The notes under the pieces were generated by a model. It was given only the letters and a program-made list of their open reading frames with translations. It was not told the origin of the DNA and searched no databases. The position numbers and the translations under genes were made by a program. Below, piece after piece: positions 41,125 to 55,438 of a stretch of 64,000 nt of DNA. Source of the DNA: Lytechinus pictus (Eukaryota); the NCBI RefSeq assembly GCF_037042905.1, contig NC_087246.1:4032001-4096000 (forward strand). The letters run 5' to 3'. Each line of letters starts with the position of its first letter. Within the stretch, counting starts at the first letter, position 1.

Positions 41125-43480
41125 CTATCAAGTGACTATCTAATGAAGATGTGACTCCCATCACAGGCAGGAGGGTTACGGGCACTATCTATCAAGTGAC
41201 TATCTAATGAAGATGTGACTCTTATTACAAGCAGGAGGGTTGGGGACCCTTTCTATCAAGTGACTATCTAATGAAGATGTGACTCCCATCACAGGCAGGA
41301 GGGTTACGGGCACTATCTATCAAGTGACTATCTAATGAAGATGTGACTCTTATTACAAGCAGGAGGGTTGGGACCCTATCTATCAAGTGGCTATCTAGTG
41401 AAGATGTGACTCTTATTACAAGCAGGAGGGTTGGGACCCTACCTATCAAGTGACCTTCTAACGAAGATGTGACTCTTATTACAAGCAGGAGGGTTGGGAC
41501 CCTACCTATCAAGTGAATATCTAATGAAGATGTGACTCCCATCACAAGCAGGAGGGTTGGGGCCCCTATCTATCAAGTGACTATCCATGAAGATGTGACT
41601 CCCATCACAAGCAGGAGGGATGGGGGCCCTATCTATCAAGTGACTATCCATGGAGATGTGACTCCTTTCACAAGCAGGAGGGTTGGGGGCCCTATCTATC
41701 AAGTGACTATCTAATGATAGGGTGTCTGAAGCCACACTGAAAAGTGTCAGCATAAAACAGGCTGATTTTAGGGAAAATATGGCACATTTTTGGGGGAAAT
41801 TCAGGCTGCTAGAAAAATGTGATCTGAATTGATTATTAACTTGTATATGGCATGTATGGAAAGAGAAAGTTCAGGGGCTTCTTTTGACAGTAAGGACAAG
41901 TTTATAGGATTATTTGAAATAAGGATTTAGAGATAAATTGCAAACCCTTATTTGTGTGTGTGTTGAGATTGCCATTTCCCCATGCGTTTTCTATGGGAAA
42001 ATAACATTTCTGTTTTGCACAATTTTTTTCACTTTGTCGCAATTTTTCATTGTGATCTGGTTTCCAAATCTTTATAAAAATCATACCATCAGAAAGAGCA
42101 TGAAAAATCATATTTGACTCTTTATGGAAAAGTTTTTGGCATTAATAACAAATTTATAACAGCTCTCGGAAGCTAAAAATTTGGATTTGTGTGTGTCCAT
42201 TTCTTAACTACACAGTCTATGGCAGAGAAATGCTGAAAATTGACCTAATTTCATTCTTCTTTTTTGCAGCCAATAATTTGATTTTTTTTTTAATGTTACA
42301 TTTCTGTCAGTCTGAAGGTCATTTCTCTTCAAATTCACAAAGAAAATGTGATATTTTCTTGAAATAAGAAAAATAATTTTTTTCTCCAGACACCCTACTA
42401 ATGAAGATGTGACTCCCATTACAAGCAGGAGGGTTGGGGGCCCTATCTATCAAGTGACTATCTAATGAAGATGTGACTCCCATCACAAGCAGGAGGGTTA
42501 TGGGCACTATCTATCAAGTGACTATCTAATGAAGATGTGACTCCCATCACAAGCAGGAGGGTTGGGGCCTTATCTATCAAGTGACTATCTAATGAAGATG
42601 TGACTCCCATCACAAGCAGGAGGGTTACGGGCACTATCTATCAAGTGACTATCTAATGAAGATGTGACTCCCATTACAAGCAGGAGGGTTGGGGGCCCTA
42701 TCTATCAAGTGACTATCTAATGAAGATGTGACTCTTATTACAAGCAGGAGGGTTGGGGCCCTACCTATCAAGTGACTATCTAATGAAGATGTGACTCTTA
42801 TTACAAGCAGGAGGGTTGGGCCCCTATCTATGAAGTGACTATCTAATGAAGATGTGACTCCCATTACAAGCAGGAGGGTTGGGGGCCCTATCTATCAAGT
42901 GACTATCTAATGAAGATGTGACTCTTATTACAAGCAGGAGGGTTGGGCCCCTATCTAACAAGTGACTATCTAATGAAGATGTGACTCCCATTACAAGCAG
43001 GAGGGTTGGGGCCCTACCAATCAAGTGACTATCTAATGAAGATGTGACTCTTATTACAAGCAGGAGGGTTGGGCCCCTATCTATCAAGTGACTATCTAAT
43101 GAAGATTTGAATCCCATCACAAGCAGGAAGGTTGGGGCCCTATCTATCAAGTGACTATCTAATGAAGATGTGACTCCCATCACAAGCAGGAGGGTTACGG
43201 GCACTATCTATCAAGTGACTATCTAATGAAGATGTGACTCCCATTACAAGCAGGAGGGTTGGGGGCCCTATCTATCAAGTGACTATCTAATGAAGATGTG
43301 ACTCCCATCACAAGCAGGAGGGTTGGGCCCTATCTATCAAGTGACCATCTATAAATGAAGGTGTGACTCCCATCACACGCAGGAGGTTGCAGGCTCTATC
43401 TATCAAGTGCTACATGACCACTCTGGAGGATGACCCACGTTACCAGCATAAGAATTGTGGGCCCTTTTTATCTAATGAAG
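41125..43480. repeat. 58-59-bp minisatellite array, split in two by a DNA-transposon insertion
   Basis: Unit CTATCTATCAAGTGACTATCTAATGAAGATGTGACTCCCATCACAAGCAGGAGGGTTGGGGCC; blocks ~41125-41717 and ~42398-43480. Confidence 0.95.
41718..42397. mobile_element. Non-autonomous hAT-like DNA transposon with a 7-bp TSD
   Basis: TIR TAGGGTGTCTG ... CAGACACCCTA; flanking duplication CTAATGA (41711-41717, 42398-42404). Confidence 0.85.
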
Positions 43481-44288
43481 ATGTGAACCTTTTTTTTACA
43501 TTTCAATATATATTCAATATATTAAAGCAATATTGCCATAATCTACAAAAAGTTGAATATATAAAGTGACGTTTGCAGGATTTGATTCACAATTTTATGA
43601 AGTTTTTTTTAGGCCTAAATGTTCATTGTATCCATGAATAGGAATGATTTCCTTGTATCTTGTTTACAGTGTCATGGAGTCATGTAGAATTTCATGAACA
43701 TGGCTGATCATTGGTTATGTAGTAATGTTACCCTACTGCTGCTTGAAAATAAAAACCCTGAGATAAAAAAAAGCGGAAGTAGACATCCTGAGCTTGGAGC
43801 AGAGATGCACACCTCTCACTTCTTGCTGAGTATGTACGATCTCTTCTCATGATATTGGTGGGTGGCGTAGTACTAAAGGCTGACATGCAGACAGAATTAT
43901 TCACACACACAAAACACACTCCATTTCATATGCACACAAGGCCCCCCTGACTACTTAGTCTCCATTAAAGACCCAGATTTCCCCTCTGTTTTTGTGCTTC
44001 CCCCACCCACACATGTACGCTATGAACCTGATCCTGTTTGTTTTGGCATAACCCATGGAGTTTGTTATTTTTTTATATACATTTTTTCCATCTGAGATCC
44101 CTTGCTATCTAGAAATTACAACCAATATTTTTCCAAGTTCATCTGAATCAGGATTTATGACACAAAATATATCCCTATTAAGACTCCATTTTTATTCTAT
44201 GATTCTTACATTTAATTGTCATATTACTGTCATTTCTATAGTCAATTTTAAATATTATACCTACATGTATCAATGATCCACTCATTAA

Positions 44289-44869
44289 AGGGATGGTCCG
44301 GGCTGAAAGTATTTATAGCTTAATAAATAGAGTAGAATTCACTGAGCAAAATGCCGAAAATTTCATCAAAATCGGATAACAAATTACAAAGTTATTGAAT
44401 TTTAAAGTTTAACAATATTTTGTAAAAACAGTTGTCATGAATATTCATTAGGTAGGCTGATGATGTCACACCCCCACTTGTTCTTTTGTATTTTATTATA
44501 TGAAATTAAGTTTATTCAAATTTTTTCTCCAAGAACTAGACAAATTTGATTGACAACTGATATAGTGCATTAGATATTTATTGCTGCAACTTATTTCATT
44601 ATAAGGGAGACATATTATTCACACAAGTATAAAATAATGAAAAAATTATGATTTTATGTAATAACATAAGAAAACGGAAAGTGGAGATGTGACATCATCA
44701 GCCCACCTAATGAATATTCATGATGGCTGTTTTCACAAAATATTGCTAAACTTTAAACTTCAATAACTTTAATATTTGTTATCCGATTTTGATGAAATTT
44801 TCGGCATTTTGCTCAGTGAATTCTACTCTATGTATTAAGATATAAATATTTTCAGCCCGGACCATCCCT
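44289..44869. mobile_element. Palindromic Kolobok-type MITE
   Basis: TTAA TSD (44285-44288, 44870-44873); AGGGATGGTCCGGGCTGAAA ... TTTCAGCCCGGACCATCCCT; TIRs ~190 bp. Confidence 0.9.
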
Positions 44870-45859
44870 TTAATTCTAATGAATGAATTCTATTCATCTT
44901 TTTTTTTCTCTAATATTTCTTCAAAGTAGCATACACAGGATTTTTAAAGGGAGGGGGATGGTCAAGCTGAATGAAAATAGTGACAACCTGCAGTTGGTTA
45001 ACTTTTAATCAATTATTAGCTGAGGCACCAGATAACCAGTGGTTGTATAAACTTTTATACTACTTGTATAAAAAAATTGTGTGTGTATGGAATCTCAAAA
45101 AAAAAAATGTAACTGGAACTTTTTGTGATAATGAAAATATGCACATTAAATCATTGGATGCCTCCAGAGAAATAGTGCTTCTTTTTAATCATTGTTGCTT
45201 TACAGAAAGTCCAGAAGTGAATATACATGTGGGGTCTAGTGTGGAAGACTAGAGAGTAACATCTCTGCAAACCTTACATGCTAATGAATGAATTCACCCA
45301 ATGGGATATTACCAGTCACACCACATCAGTAGTGCAGCATTTAACACAACCTACTTTAGCTACCCCATCCTATGACCTTTCCATAATACCCCATTTCACT
45401 TCCATTCTTTACAAAGAAAAAAAAACAAAAAGAAAACATATCACCAGAGCAATGGCTAATCTTAATGTTAATTTCCGCTCTACCTCATAAGAATTCCTAT
45501 TTACCTAACACGTAAAATACAGGTAGGACTTATACAACATGAACATGAAACGTGGTTTGGCCTAGCCCATCAATACACCATGCTTCAATCATACTACTGG
45601 ACAACTATCCCTTTTCTATTAAGCCATTTCAACTTTTCTTGTTAATGAAAATACACCTTCCACCCATAAACTATTAAAATCAAAGTTGGATCATAGCTTT
45701 TATGAGTGGGTGAGCTTGAACTTGAAAGCACACACTGTACCTTTTATACACATGAACGCTAAGAAAGAGCTTTACCCTTTAACACAAAACTTGATGATTA
45801 ATCCTATTGAATACTGGTAATTGAATTGATTCTTTTTTTCCCTTTTTTTTTTAAACAAG

Positions 45860-46027
45860 TGCACACCAAGTTACCAATAATGCCTATAGCATTTCCATTT
45901 ATTTGAAAGCAGGATGAAAGAGCATTGCACATTAAATGCCTTGCTCACAGGCATAGATGCCGCGGCCGGGGATCGAACCCTGGACTTTTTATGTATAGCC
46001 AGGCGCCTTAATAGACCACTCGGCCAC
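45860..46027 (-). mobile_element. tRNA-derived SINE fragment
   Basis: Minus strand: A-box TGGCCGAGTGG, B-box GGTTCGATCCC, followed by the CORE-like TGAGCAAGGCATTT. Confidence 0.7.
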
Positions 46028-47839
46028 ATTCTTTCATGTATATTACCAATCACATAAATCCCCTGTATGATCAATTGCTACAGTTTGTGCAATATCTTGA
46101 TGACAAATGCATTATGAATGATGAATCATACTTTGTACAGTTGAGACAGATCATCATTGTTGAACAAACACTGGTCAATACTATGAATTCAGATCTTTCA
46201 AAGATGTTCAGCTCCCCTTTTTTTATAACAATGTTCATGTACATGTATGAATGTACAACACAATAATAATGCATAGGGACTATAAAGGAAAACTACCCCC
46301 TCCCATGAAAAATAATTTACATACAATTAGGTTTCACATTACATGTGAGATCATTTGGAATAAAAAAGAAGCCATCCCGACAGAATTTGTTTGTATTGTT
46401 TTATAAATTTTTATGCACCTGTTTCTGTAAAGGCCTACCTGATTTATAGAGTTACATGATTTGTACATGTACGTGTGTACACGTGTACAGTGTACAAAAT
46501 AATACCAGGGAGATGACATGTACCAGTATGTATACCATTTCTGCTAGTTCCTTATATTTTATCATACATTGTACATGTACACTGCAAACCTAAATGTACA
46601 CTGTTGTCTTAAAAATAAAGGTTTGTGAGTAAATTCAAAAGTTTTAGCTGATACCGCCTCACAAGAAATTTTGTAACGTCCAAAATGGAGTCTGCTAGGG
46701 GGTTACAAATATTGATGATTTATCAACTTACAGAATATCATCAATTCTACATACTTTCAATGGAGAATGTTGGTTTCAAAGTACCAAGCTTCACGTATAA
46801 TACATTCATAAATCCACACATAGAGCTATCTCAGTCAGATATGAATGTATTATCACAAAAATAACTGTAATTAATTACATGTATGAACATGTACAAATGA
46901 TAGTAAAAGGCAATGCATGAAACATTTCAAATTTACGCAAATTTGGAAGTAAAATCAATTGCAACTATTATAAAGCAAAAAGAGGCAATCAATTGTAAAA
47001 CTGCAATATTTATCACAAGATTGAGTTTGGGGCCTATAATTGACTTGCAATTGACTACAACCCGGTAGGTATTCAAAATGTCTATAAATGTACATGTATT
47101 TTTACAGGTATAAAAAGAGACAAAAAAACAAGAACAACAATCAAATTATAATGATAACATAACTGCTTGCAATGTCTTGGAATTGAGTTATAAAGAGGAA
47201 GAGGAGGTGGGTGGATAAGAGCAATACTTTGTGTTCAAGTAAGATTATCTTAGATTAAACTGTTACAACATATACTTCATTTGGTATGATTGGAAAGGGC
47301 AATTCAATGCTGTGACTTTAAGACCTTTTTCGAATCCCGCACAATTAATAAACCAGAAGTAATGTGCAAATGAAAGCAAAAAAAAATTTCTTTGAAATTC
47401 GAAATACATTTATGCTGATGTCAGCACTATAAAAGAATGTACATGTGTAGACTTTCAGAAGGCCTAGCTACAGTGATAACGTATCTTGCCATGTTGACAT
47501 ACAACTTTTTATATGAAGACTTGTTATAATGTATCTCACCATGTTGACATAATAATGTAAATATGTCGACATGGCAAGATAAATTATCTCACCATGTCGC
47601 TAAGTTGATGGCAATTCAAAGCTTCCATAAGGACCACACATTAATGGAATCCTGATGTGAACTCATTCCACAAACAAAAGATCCAATTTGTACTGATGGC
47701 ACAGAGATGGGGACAGGATAAAACAGGTAATTAATTGATCTTCATTGCATGAAGAAGCTATAAAAGGCAAGATCACATAATTGAGACTGTGCATATATGT
47801 GCTCAAAATGCAGTGTACTACATGTACATGTCTTACAAG

Positions 47840-48635
47840 AAGGGCTGTTATCGCTACGGTAAGAAAATTCTCTGTCAATATATCGCTAAAAATATTTTAC
47901 CGATATCGACAACTATCGACAAAAGAACATAATACGCATCTTTTATGCATTATAGCAATGTCACATACTCGCGTTGGTCAAAATCTGTATCTGCCACTGT
48001 ACCAAGAACGCTTTAAAATCTGCGTTCATCGGATGTAAATGATTACATAACATCTTTTAACAAACATATTTAGCATTAATACATCATCACCTTTCATGTT
48101 ACTAGCATTATTTTAGGGTTGGATGAAGTTTTAAATATATTTGGGGCTTTTTGGACATCGTTCTGAGCAGTCAACGTCTTTCGCCTATCCGCCATTTTGA
48201 TCTTCGAACGTAGAGGGCAGCAACATACGGCCGTGTGCTGCCAGCCTTCTACGTTGGTATTCGCTAAAATTGAGCTTGCGCTTGTGATGTTTTCGATTCG
48301 ATCGAATGAGTCACGATGTTTGGATTGTCATGATTATAGCGAAGTAGGGTGAGATCATGTTTTGTGGCTAGTAAGTCTTCGTATTTTGTTAAGATTTTGG
48401 AGTAATTTCTGTTGCTGTTCTGTGCAGTTTGAGGAAAAATATGTTTTCCATGATTTTCCGTTTGAAAAGCCACTTTCAAAAGGCTGTATCCATGAAATCG
48501 CGGAAAATCACGGTGTCCCTACATAATAGCGGGTATTATCAACAATGAGAGAAAGGTTATCAATATCGCTAAGTGGCAAATATCAAGCAATTATCGGCAA
48601 GACTAGCGATAAAGACGTTATCAATAACATCCCTA
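47840..48635. mobile_element. hAT-like MITE, probably with a nested fragment
   Basis: AGGGCTGTTATCG ... CAATAACATCCCT ends; repeated TATCG sub-terminal motifs; degenerate 8-bp flanks CTTACAAG/ATTAAAAG. Confidence 0.55.
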
Positions 48636-49799
48636 ATTAAAAGTAAAGTGCAGATCTATGTTTTTAGTTGAGAAAAGCAGTATTATTTCATTAGCATGTA
48701 TTAACATCCATCTGAAGAACAGAATGCTTAATACATGTACAGTGTAAGTCCCTATTTAGAGAGGATTTAAAAAGATTTATATCAGATACAGTATATCTTT
48801 TTGGAAGTCAGCATGATCAAGTGCTAGATGTTAATGTGTCATTCCAGTTTCTGAGGTTGATCATGATCTCTTCCTTTGACATGAAAACGTGAAAGCATCT
48901 CCTCACTGTACTGATTATTTATTTGTATTGTATTATACCAAAGTCAATGTATTGTGGCTACATCTAAATAAATGACCATAATGAGTAGGCCATAATGCAT
49001 TGGGGAAGATGAATTTTCAAGGGTAATCTGGTATATAGCCAATCAGTCAGGTCAAATATTTGACAGATAAGGTGATGATGATCATCATCATTACCGTGAC
49101 TCATCTCAAATGGAACCAATCTTCTTTATTGATGAAAAGCCAGAAAGGTCTATTGTAGCTCAAGCAAGTATATGTCACAAGGCCTTTTATCAAATTTGGG
49201 GGAAAATAATATAACCCATTCTGATCATTGATAATATGTTCATAGCTAGCCAATGCAAGGCCAGTAGACAAATTCAGAAATGCATGAAGTAGAAATTGAC
49301 CTGTACTTCCTTGGTGAAACTGGTCACTACGACTGCAAGGCGAGGGAGAAACGGCATTGGACAAGAGGGTTGATGAAATGCAGATTCTGCAATATCTGTG
49401 ATTTACATGTATGTCTGTGTTTTCTATCATGATTCTTGTTTGAGATTTCACATCTAGGTAATTTAAAACAAAAACAACCTGAAATAGAAAGTCGTAGAAT
49501 CATAGATGGGTTTTTAAAAAGAATTAACGGGTAACGTTCTTTGAACAGTGACTTTGCACAAGATCTAAACTTCTCTGGATAATGATATTTTATGAATCTC
49601 TGCATACAGTGGAGGTTAGTAATATTTTGGTCAAGTGTATTTTCATTCAATACTGTATTCCTGAGTAACCTTTATACTGTACATGTAGATAATTTGATGC
49701 ATGATTCACTGAACACAATAAGAACTGAGCATTTGAATCCAACTTAGATAGTGCATTCTCTCATTTTTAGTAGATCATGAATGATGCTAATAAAACCTG

Positions 49800-49930
49800 G
49801 GTCCCGTTAAACACAAAACTTAGCAATGATCGTAGAACATTTTTCTACGATTGATTCCATAGACTACAATGTACAATCAATCGTAAAAATCAAGCATACG
49901 ATCAATAGCTAACCTTTGTGTTACGGAACC
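49800..49930. mobile_element. PIF/Harbinger-type MITE
   Basis: 3-bp CTG TSD; GGTCCCGTTAAACACAAA ... TTTGTGTTACGGAACC inverted ends; palindromic interior. Confidence 0.75.
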
Positions 49931-51739
49931 CTGGAATATTGAAGCCGCTGTCTTTATAAAGTTTATAGAGTGGCTGTAATTAAGATTTTCCATTGTGACC
50001 TTGGATGTGTATAAAAGGGTTTTGAGTTGCACTTTAATATGATAGAGAATGGTAAGGGATGGTTTGGGTTGGTGAGAAAGCAGGGTATTGATAATGTATC
50101 ATTCCCTACAGAAGCACACAGTCTGCATGACTTGACTCCATTCGATGTGTCCTGTCAGCTAATTAGCTCACGCAAGGACCCCTTTTACACTGCCTATCTA
50201 TACCTCTACAGCTATTCAATTAGGCGTAAGCTTACATAGTGGTTCCAGAACAATGAGTAGCCATTGTACATGTATGTATGAATATCCAACCAATTGTCAT
50301 TCTTATAAATATGATTATAATTGAAATACGTATTACACTACAGTATGATATTATTTCATCTAATGGGCTCATTCTATTAAAGAGATGCGTGTTTTGATTT
50401 AAAAAAACATGCTGAGGAAAAAAAACCAAATACTTAGAATAAAGAGACCGACAGAGAACAACACACAGAAAACAACATGAGGAAGAAAAAAACTTAGAGA
50501 GATATATTCAGAAAGGAAATTGAACTACACAGTACATGCTAAAAAAAAGGTTTCATATACATGTAGGCCTGCATTATGTACATAAATGCTTACCAAAACA
50601 GAAAGAGAAAGAGAGAGATATAGCGAAAGAGAAAGGGACATAGCAGTAGTGTAACTAATGGTGGAGAGATGAAATACTGACAATACACAAGACCTGAGAA
50701 TATTTTTTAAACTCAGCCTGCTGACAAGTGCAAAGAGGGTATCCTTGAACTATGATTACCTTGGAAGAGAAAAATGGCACCTCAAAGCGGATTAACTTTA
50801 TGAGTTAAATCAGATAAAGCACCAAGCTAAACCTAGCTCCAAATGCACTGCATGATGCGCAGTAGAGGAGGATTGTGTGATCTGGAAACCAATTAAAGAT
50901 TTACTCTCCCATTTCAACATTGATTTTCAGTGATTGAGGAAGTGGGCCTTAACCTCAATCATTTGTAATGGTTATGTCTGTCATGGTAATGTTTCCAAGC
51001 AACAATATGACTTGATTGAAAACCCTCCTTTTTTAATGCAGCACCTGCATACAAAGTGGATAGGAATCCAACAGTATTTATTACTTTTACAAGTGACTCG
51101 CATCGGAATTCCGTTCAGCAGTATCATGTACTGTAGGATTTTTTTTTTCCACCTGGATATTCCTCCACTCATATCATTATCAAAAATTTTCAAACATGTA
51201 TATATCCCTCTCCTATACTAAAGGTAGGCCTACATGTTTATTTACATGTAGTAGGCCTAAACATAAGCACCTTTTAATATTGAATAATCAAAGTGTGTAA
51301 AAAAATGCAAAAAGATAATATGAATTCTGTACACTGCACAAGCAGCACAAATCATACATTCACAATGAACAGCACCTTTTCTCCAGAACATTTTGGTTAT
51401 TGTTATTATCATTACAGTTTCTTGGAGTTTCAAAACTCAACTTTATTAAAGAAAAAAATAATTTTGTAAACTTGAAACTATATATCTTATTGAACCTCTA
51501 TTGACTGCATTGAGTATGTTTTACAGTACACATATCCTTGGATTACCAGGTTCTTTGATCTGCTATGCTTTGCTTACCCAACTTCAAGCACACATATACA
51601 AAATGCTTTAAAATACCATCCAAATCAATGCAAAAGTTTACACTGTATACAGTATATGCCTAAAGGAACAAAAGCGGGACAAAAAAGTACATGTACTGGG
51701 TTATACAGAACCATTCTAAATGAGCCATCTGAATGAGGA

Positions 51740-52128
51740 AATCTCATCCCCCCCCCCCAAAAAAAAGTAGTTGATTTAAAATAAAGAAATTTCTTTCAAA
51801 CTGGCATACTTGTACTACTTGAAATTTCATCAAAATTGGATGAAAAAAAGATAGAAGTTCACAAGAGAAAATTTGAATATTAAGTAATAAGTATACTGTA
51901 ATAAATTATAAAATAAATAGCATGTGATGTATTCAGTTCTCTCATGTGCACACCAACCAGGATCTGCATAGGCCTATTTCCTGTTTTGTGAATGAAGCGA
52001 AACTAAATAAAAAATTAATTGACTTCTATTTTACATCAGATTCTGATGAAATTGTCAGCATTCCAGCATATTAGACTTTTCTCTTTTTATTCAAATCGTT
52101 TTTTTTTTTGGGGGGGTAGACTTGCCCT
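51740..52128. mobile_element. Degenerate Kolobok-type MITE, same family as 9001-9258
   Basis: Right end GGTAGACTTGCCCT|TTAA; internal similarity to 9060-9250. Confidence 0.55.
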
Positions 52129-53735
52129 TTAACACGCATACATTATCCACTGATTATTTAACTATAACTACATGTACATGTACATGTAGTTGATGTATAT
52201 TATTATACAAAGCTACCAAGTACATGTACTCAATGACATCTAACTGTAAACAATTTCTGCTTGGAATGAAAAGTACTGCACAGAGAAAATTGGAGTGTGT
52301 TTGCTGGTGCCCTGAAGGTAGCATATTTCATTAGATGAAGACAGTACGAGGGGCAGCAGCAAAAAGGGACTATCATCTGTCATTTTCCATTGTTTTCTTT
52401 CATTATGACCCCTGCCCTCAATTTGGAAAGAGAAGATGAGCAATATTTCCTCCACATCTCTTCTGAAAATATTTAAACCACTTGCTGAATAAAGTTCTTA
52501 TTGCTCGTACATGTACATACACATACATAAATCAATGAATAAATACGTGTAGATAAAAATGAATAATCAAATAAATAAATAAATAGATGGAATATAATGG
52601 ATCTCAGAATGTAAATTCAGAATATAAAATTGCAATGTACATGTACTTTAATATCTGAACTTGAAATACACAACTATATTACTGTGGTTCTATTTTCCAC
52701 TTTAATTTTTTGAAGGCATGATGAACAATTGAAGCAGTTGCAAAAAGAAACCCATTAAGTATTCTCTCTTTTCAAGCTAAAAATAATATATAAATATGCC
52801 CTGCAGTGATATTCAATGAATTATGGAACTTAGCCCCACCCCTCCCTCCCCAAAATAGTATATAAAACTATGTACAAGGTGTCTTATGATCATTGCGCAT
52901 TTAAAGAGTTAAAATACACAGAGAACTTTATATACACACGTTCAACTGATTAGAATAATTATAAAATTCTAACCTGAGGTATAAAGAAACATTGATATTT
53001 TTAATCTAAATGTTTTTTATTGATCCTCCTTTAAAAGCATGAGTAATGCAATTGCCTATTTGTCATGTAGTAATCTTAGTAAAATGCACACCCAGCTGTC
53101 AGAAGGTGCCATATATCACATGTGCACACACAGCCGGGCTATTTACGTTCATGCACAACAAAAATCAATTTTATTGATACAGGTACCGAGCTGACTCCGC
53201 ACTTGGTTAGTGTGCTGCTGGTGTGTGGCGATGTCCATGTAATGTATTTCCACACCCTATGTTAGTAGCTCCATGGTTGGAATTGACTCATAAGACCATT
53301 TGACTTATTTTCCGCTAACAGCTCTGTGACTCTCTTTCTCTCAAATTGCTTCCCTTCATCTCTCTCACTCTCACTGTCCTCCATAGAGGAACATAGATAT
53401 GCAACTACTTTATAGCCAATAAAGTGATGTTCACTTTAATAATCAGCATACATTAATGAGATGTTACGTTCTAGATTTTCTCTTTGTGAGCAGCCATGGC
53501 AATCAATTGCAGAAAAGGGAATTGGACAAAATTTGTTATCATGAAAATAATCTAAAAACTACAAAAAATTATGTATTGTCTTTTCAATATGGTTCTATCA
53601 TCAATGTATCTCCATATATCTGCATACTGTACAGTTCCAACCATCTTTTATATTATCTTGTATACATGTATAGAGTGTAGATGCATTATATCTGATTCAT
53701 CTATAATTGGATCAACTTTATCTCCATGTATTAAT

Positions 53736-55103
53736 AACAACAAGTGGAGTGCATCTAGCAGTCTCACCTCCATTACATGATTCAATATAGCAGCAGTGCT
53801 GACTTTGAAAATGACTATAAAATAATTATTCACAAAAAACACCATTCATATATACTACTGCGTTCACTGACCCCTAAATAACATTTTACCTTGATCAAGT
53901 GACCTAAGAGTTGTGCAAGATGAGCAATGGTACTGGATAACCCCTATGTCCACATTTAAACTATATCCATAAACTTTCAAAGTTATGGCAAATCAACAAT
54001 TATCCACATCATAGCCAAAGTTCACCTTCGACCTTGGTCATGTGACCCGAAACTTGCGCAGGATATTCAGTGACACTTGATTCTGTTTCTGTTAAGGTAA
54101 CTTCCGTAGGAACTCGGCAGGACAGCATTTTGCTGGTAAACACCAAGCAAAGCCATGCTGGTATAGTGTATATACATAGGAAACATTTTACATCTAGGTT
54201 AATCAGTTATAATGGCTGACCTTATAGACGACAGAACTATTAGTCTCGGGCCTTTTTATCAAAGTGGAGACAATGGCAGAGTGGGGATTCCAACTTACAA
54301 CCTTGCGATTATGATTCCAATGCTCTAACTACTAGACCACACGACCCATGTCCAAGATTTATGAATTAGATCCAAACACATGTTCAAAGTTATGATGGCA
54401 ATTCAACAAATACCCCCAACATGGAAGTTCATTGACTCTAAATGACCTTTGCCCTTGGTCATGTGACCTGAAACTTGCACAGGATGTTCAGTGATACTTG
54501 ATTACTCTTATGTCCAAGTTTTATGAACTAGCTCCATAAACATTCAAAGTTAAGATGGAAATTCAACAAATACCCCCAACATGGAAGTTCATTGACTCTA
54601 AATGACCTTTGCCCTTGGTCATGTGACCTGAAACTTGCACAGGATGTTCAGTGATACTTGATTACTCTTATGTCCAAGTTTTATGAACTAGCTCCATAAA
54701 CAGTCAAAGTTAAGATGGAAATTCAACAAATACCCTGAACATGCCCAAAGTTCATTGATCCAAAATGACCTTTGACCTTAGTCATGTGACCTGAAACATG
54801 GGCAGAATGCACACTAATACTTCATTACCTGTATGTGCAAGTTTCATGAACTAGGAGTTATGACATTTCAAAAACTTAACCTTAGGTTACGGTTTCGATA
54901 TTGATCCCCCAAACATGGTACAGTTCATTGACCCTAAATGACCTTTGACCTTACCCAGTACCCTTATGTACAAGTTTCATGAACTACATTGTAGGTCCAT
55001 ATACTTTCTAAGTTATGATGTCATTTCAAAAATTCAACCTTATGATAAGATTTGATGTTGACAGCCCCGCCCGCCGCCTATAATCATGCAGGCAAGACAA
55101 AAA
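53736..55103 (-). mobile_element. Second, older copy of the Helentron/HINE-like element
   Basis: AACAAGTGGAGTGCATCT..GTCTCACCT start and ATGCAGGCAAGACAAAAA end, homologous to 31640-32600; same TGACCTTTG tandem units. Confidence 0.75.
54083..54347 (-). mobile_element. tRNA-derived SINE nested in the HINE-like copy
   Basis: Minus-strand head GGGTCGTGTGGTCTAGTAGTTAGAGCATTGG...GTTGGAATCCC; interrupts a host tandem unit between GACACTTGATT and ATGTCCAAG. Confidence 0.6.
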
Positions 55104-55438
55104 TTAGCCCTCCATCATTCAAAATCATGTACAGTATTGTAATGTTTATCATGTACCTTTCAATCAATATTCCTATCATTTTGTGTGTTTTTTTTTGTCT
55201 GTCTTTCCAACCATCTGTAATCTTTCTTACAATATTACAGCAAATAATTACTGTTTGCTGAAAGACTGAAATGGGACAAGGCAATTTGAATACATAGAGG
55301 TCTCTGAACCAAAGCTGGTAGATTAACCAAAACGTGATGATTTGCTTTATAATCCACATGAGAACCGATAAAAAAAAATTTAAAGATAAAGGAGCATTCA
55401 CAAAGTACATCTAGACTGAAATCTTGTATGGTTTAAAG

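Noticed and set aside
41125..43480. Regular repeats resembling a CRISPR array
   Set aside because: Units are head-to-tail with no unique spacers, there are no cas genes, and the context is a eukaryotic intron; it is a minisatellite
45955..46027. tRNA gene
   Set aside because: A and B boxes are present but there is no complete cloverleaf, and it continues into a SINE body
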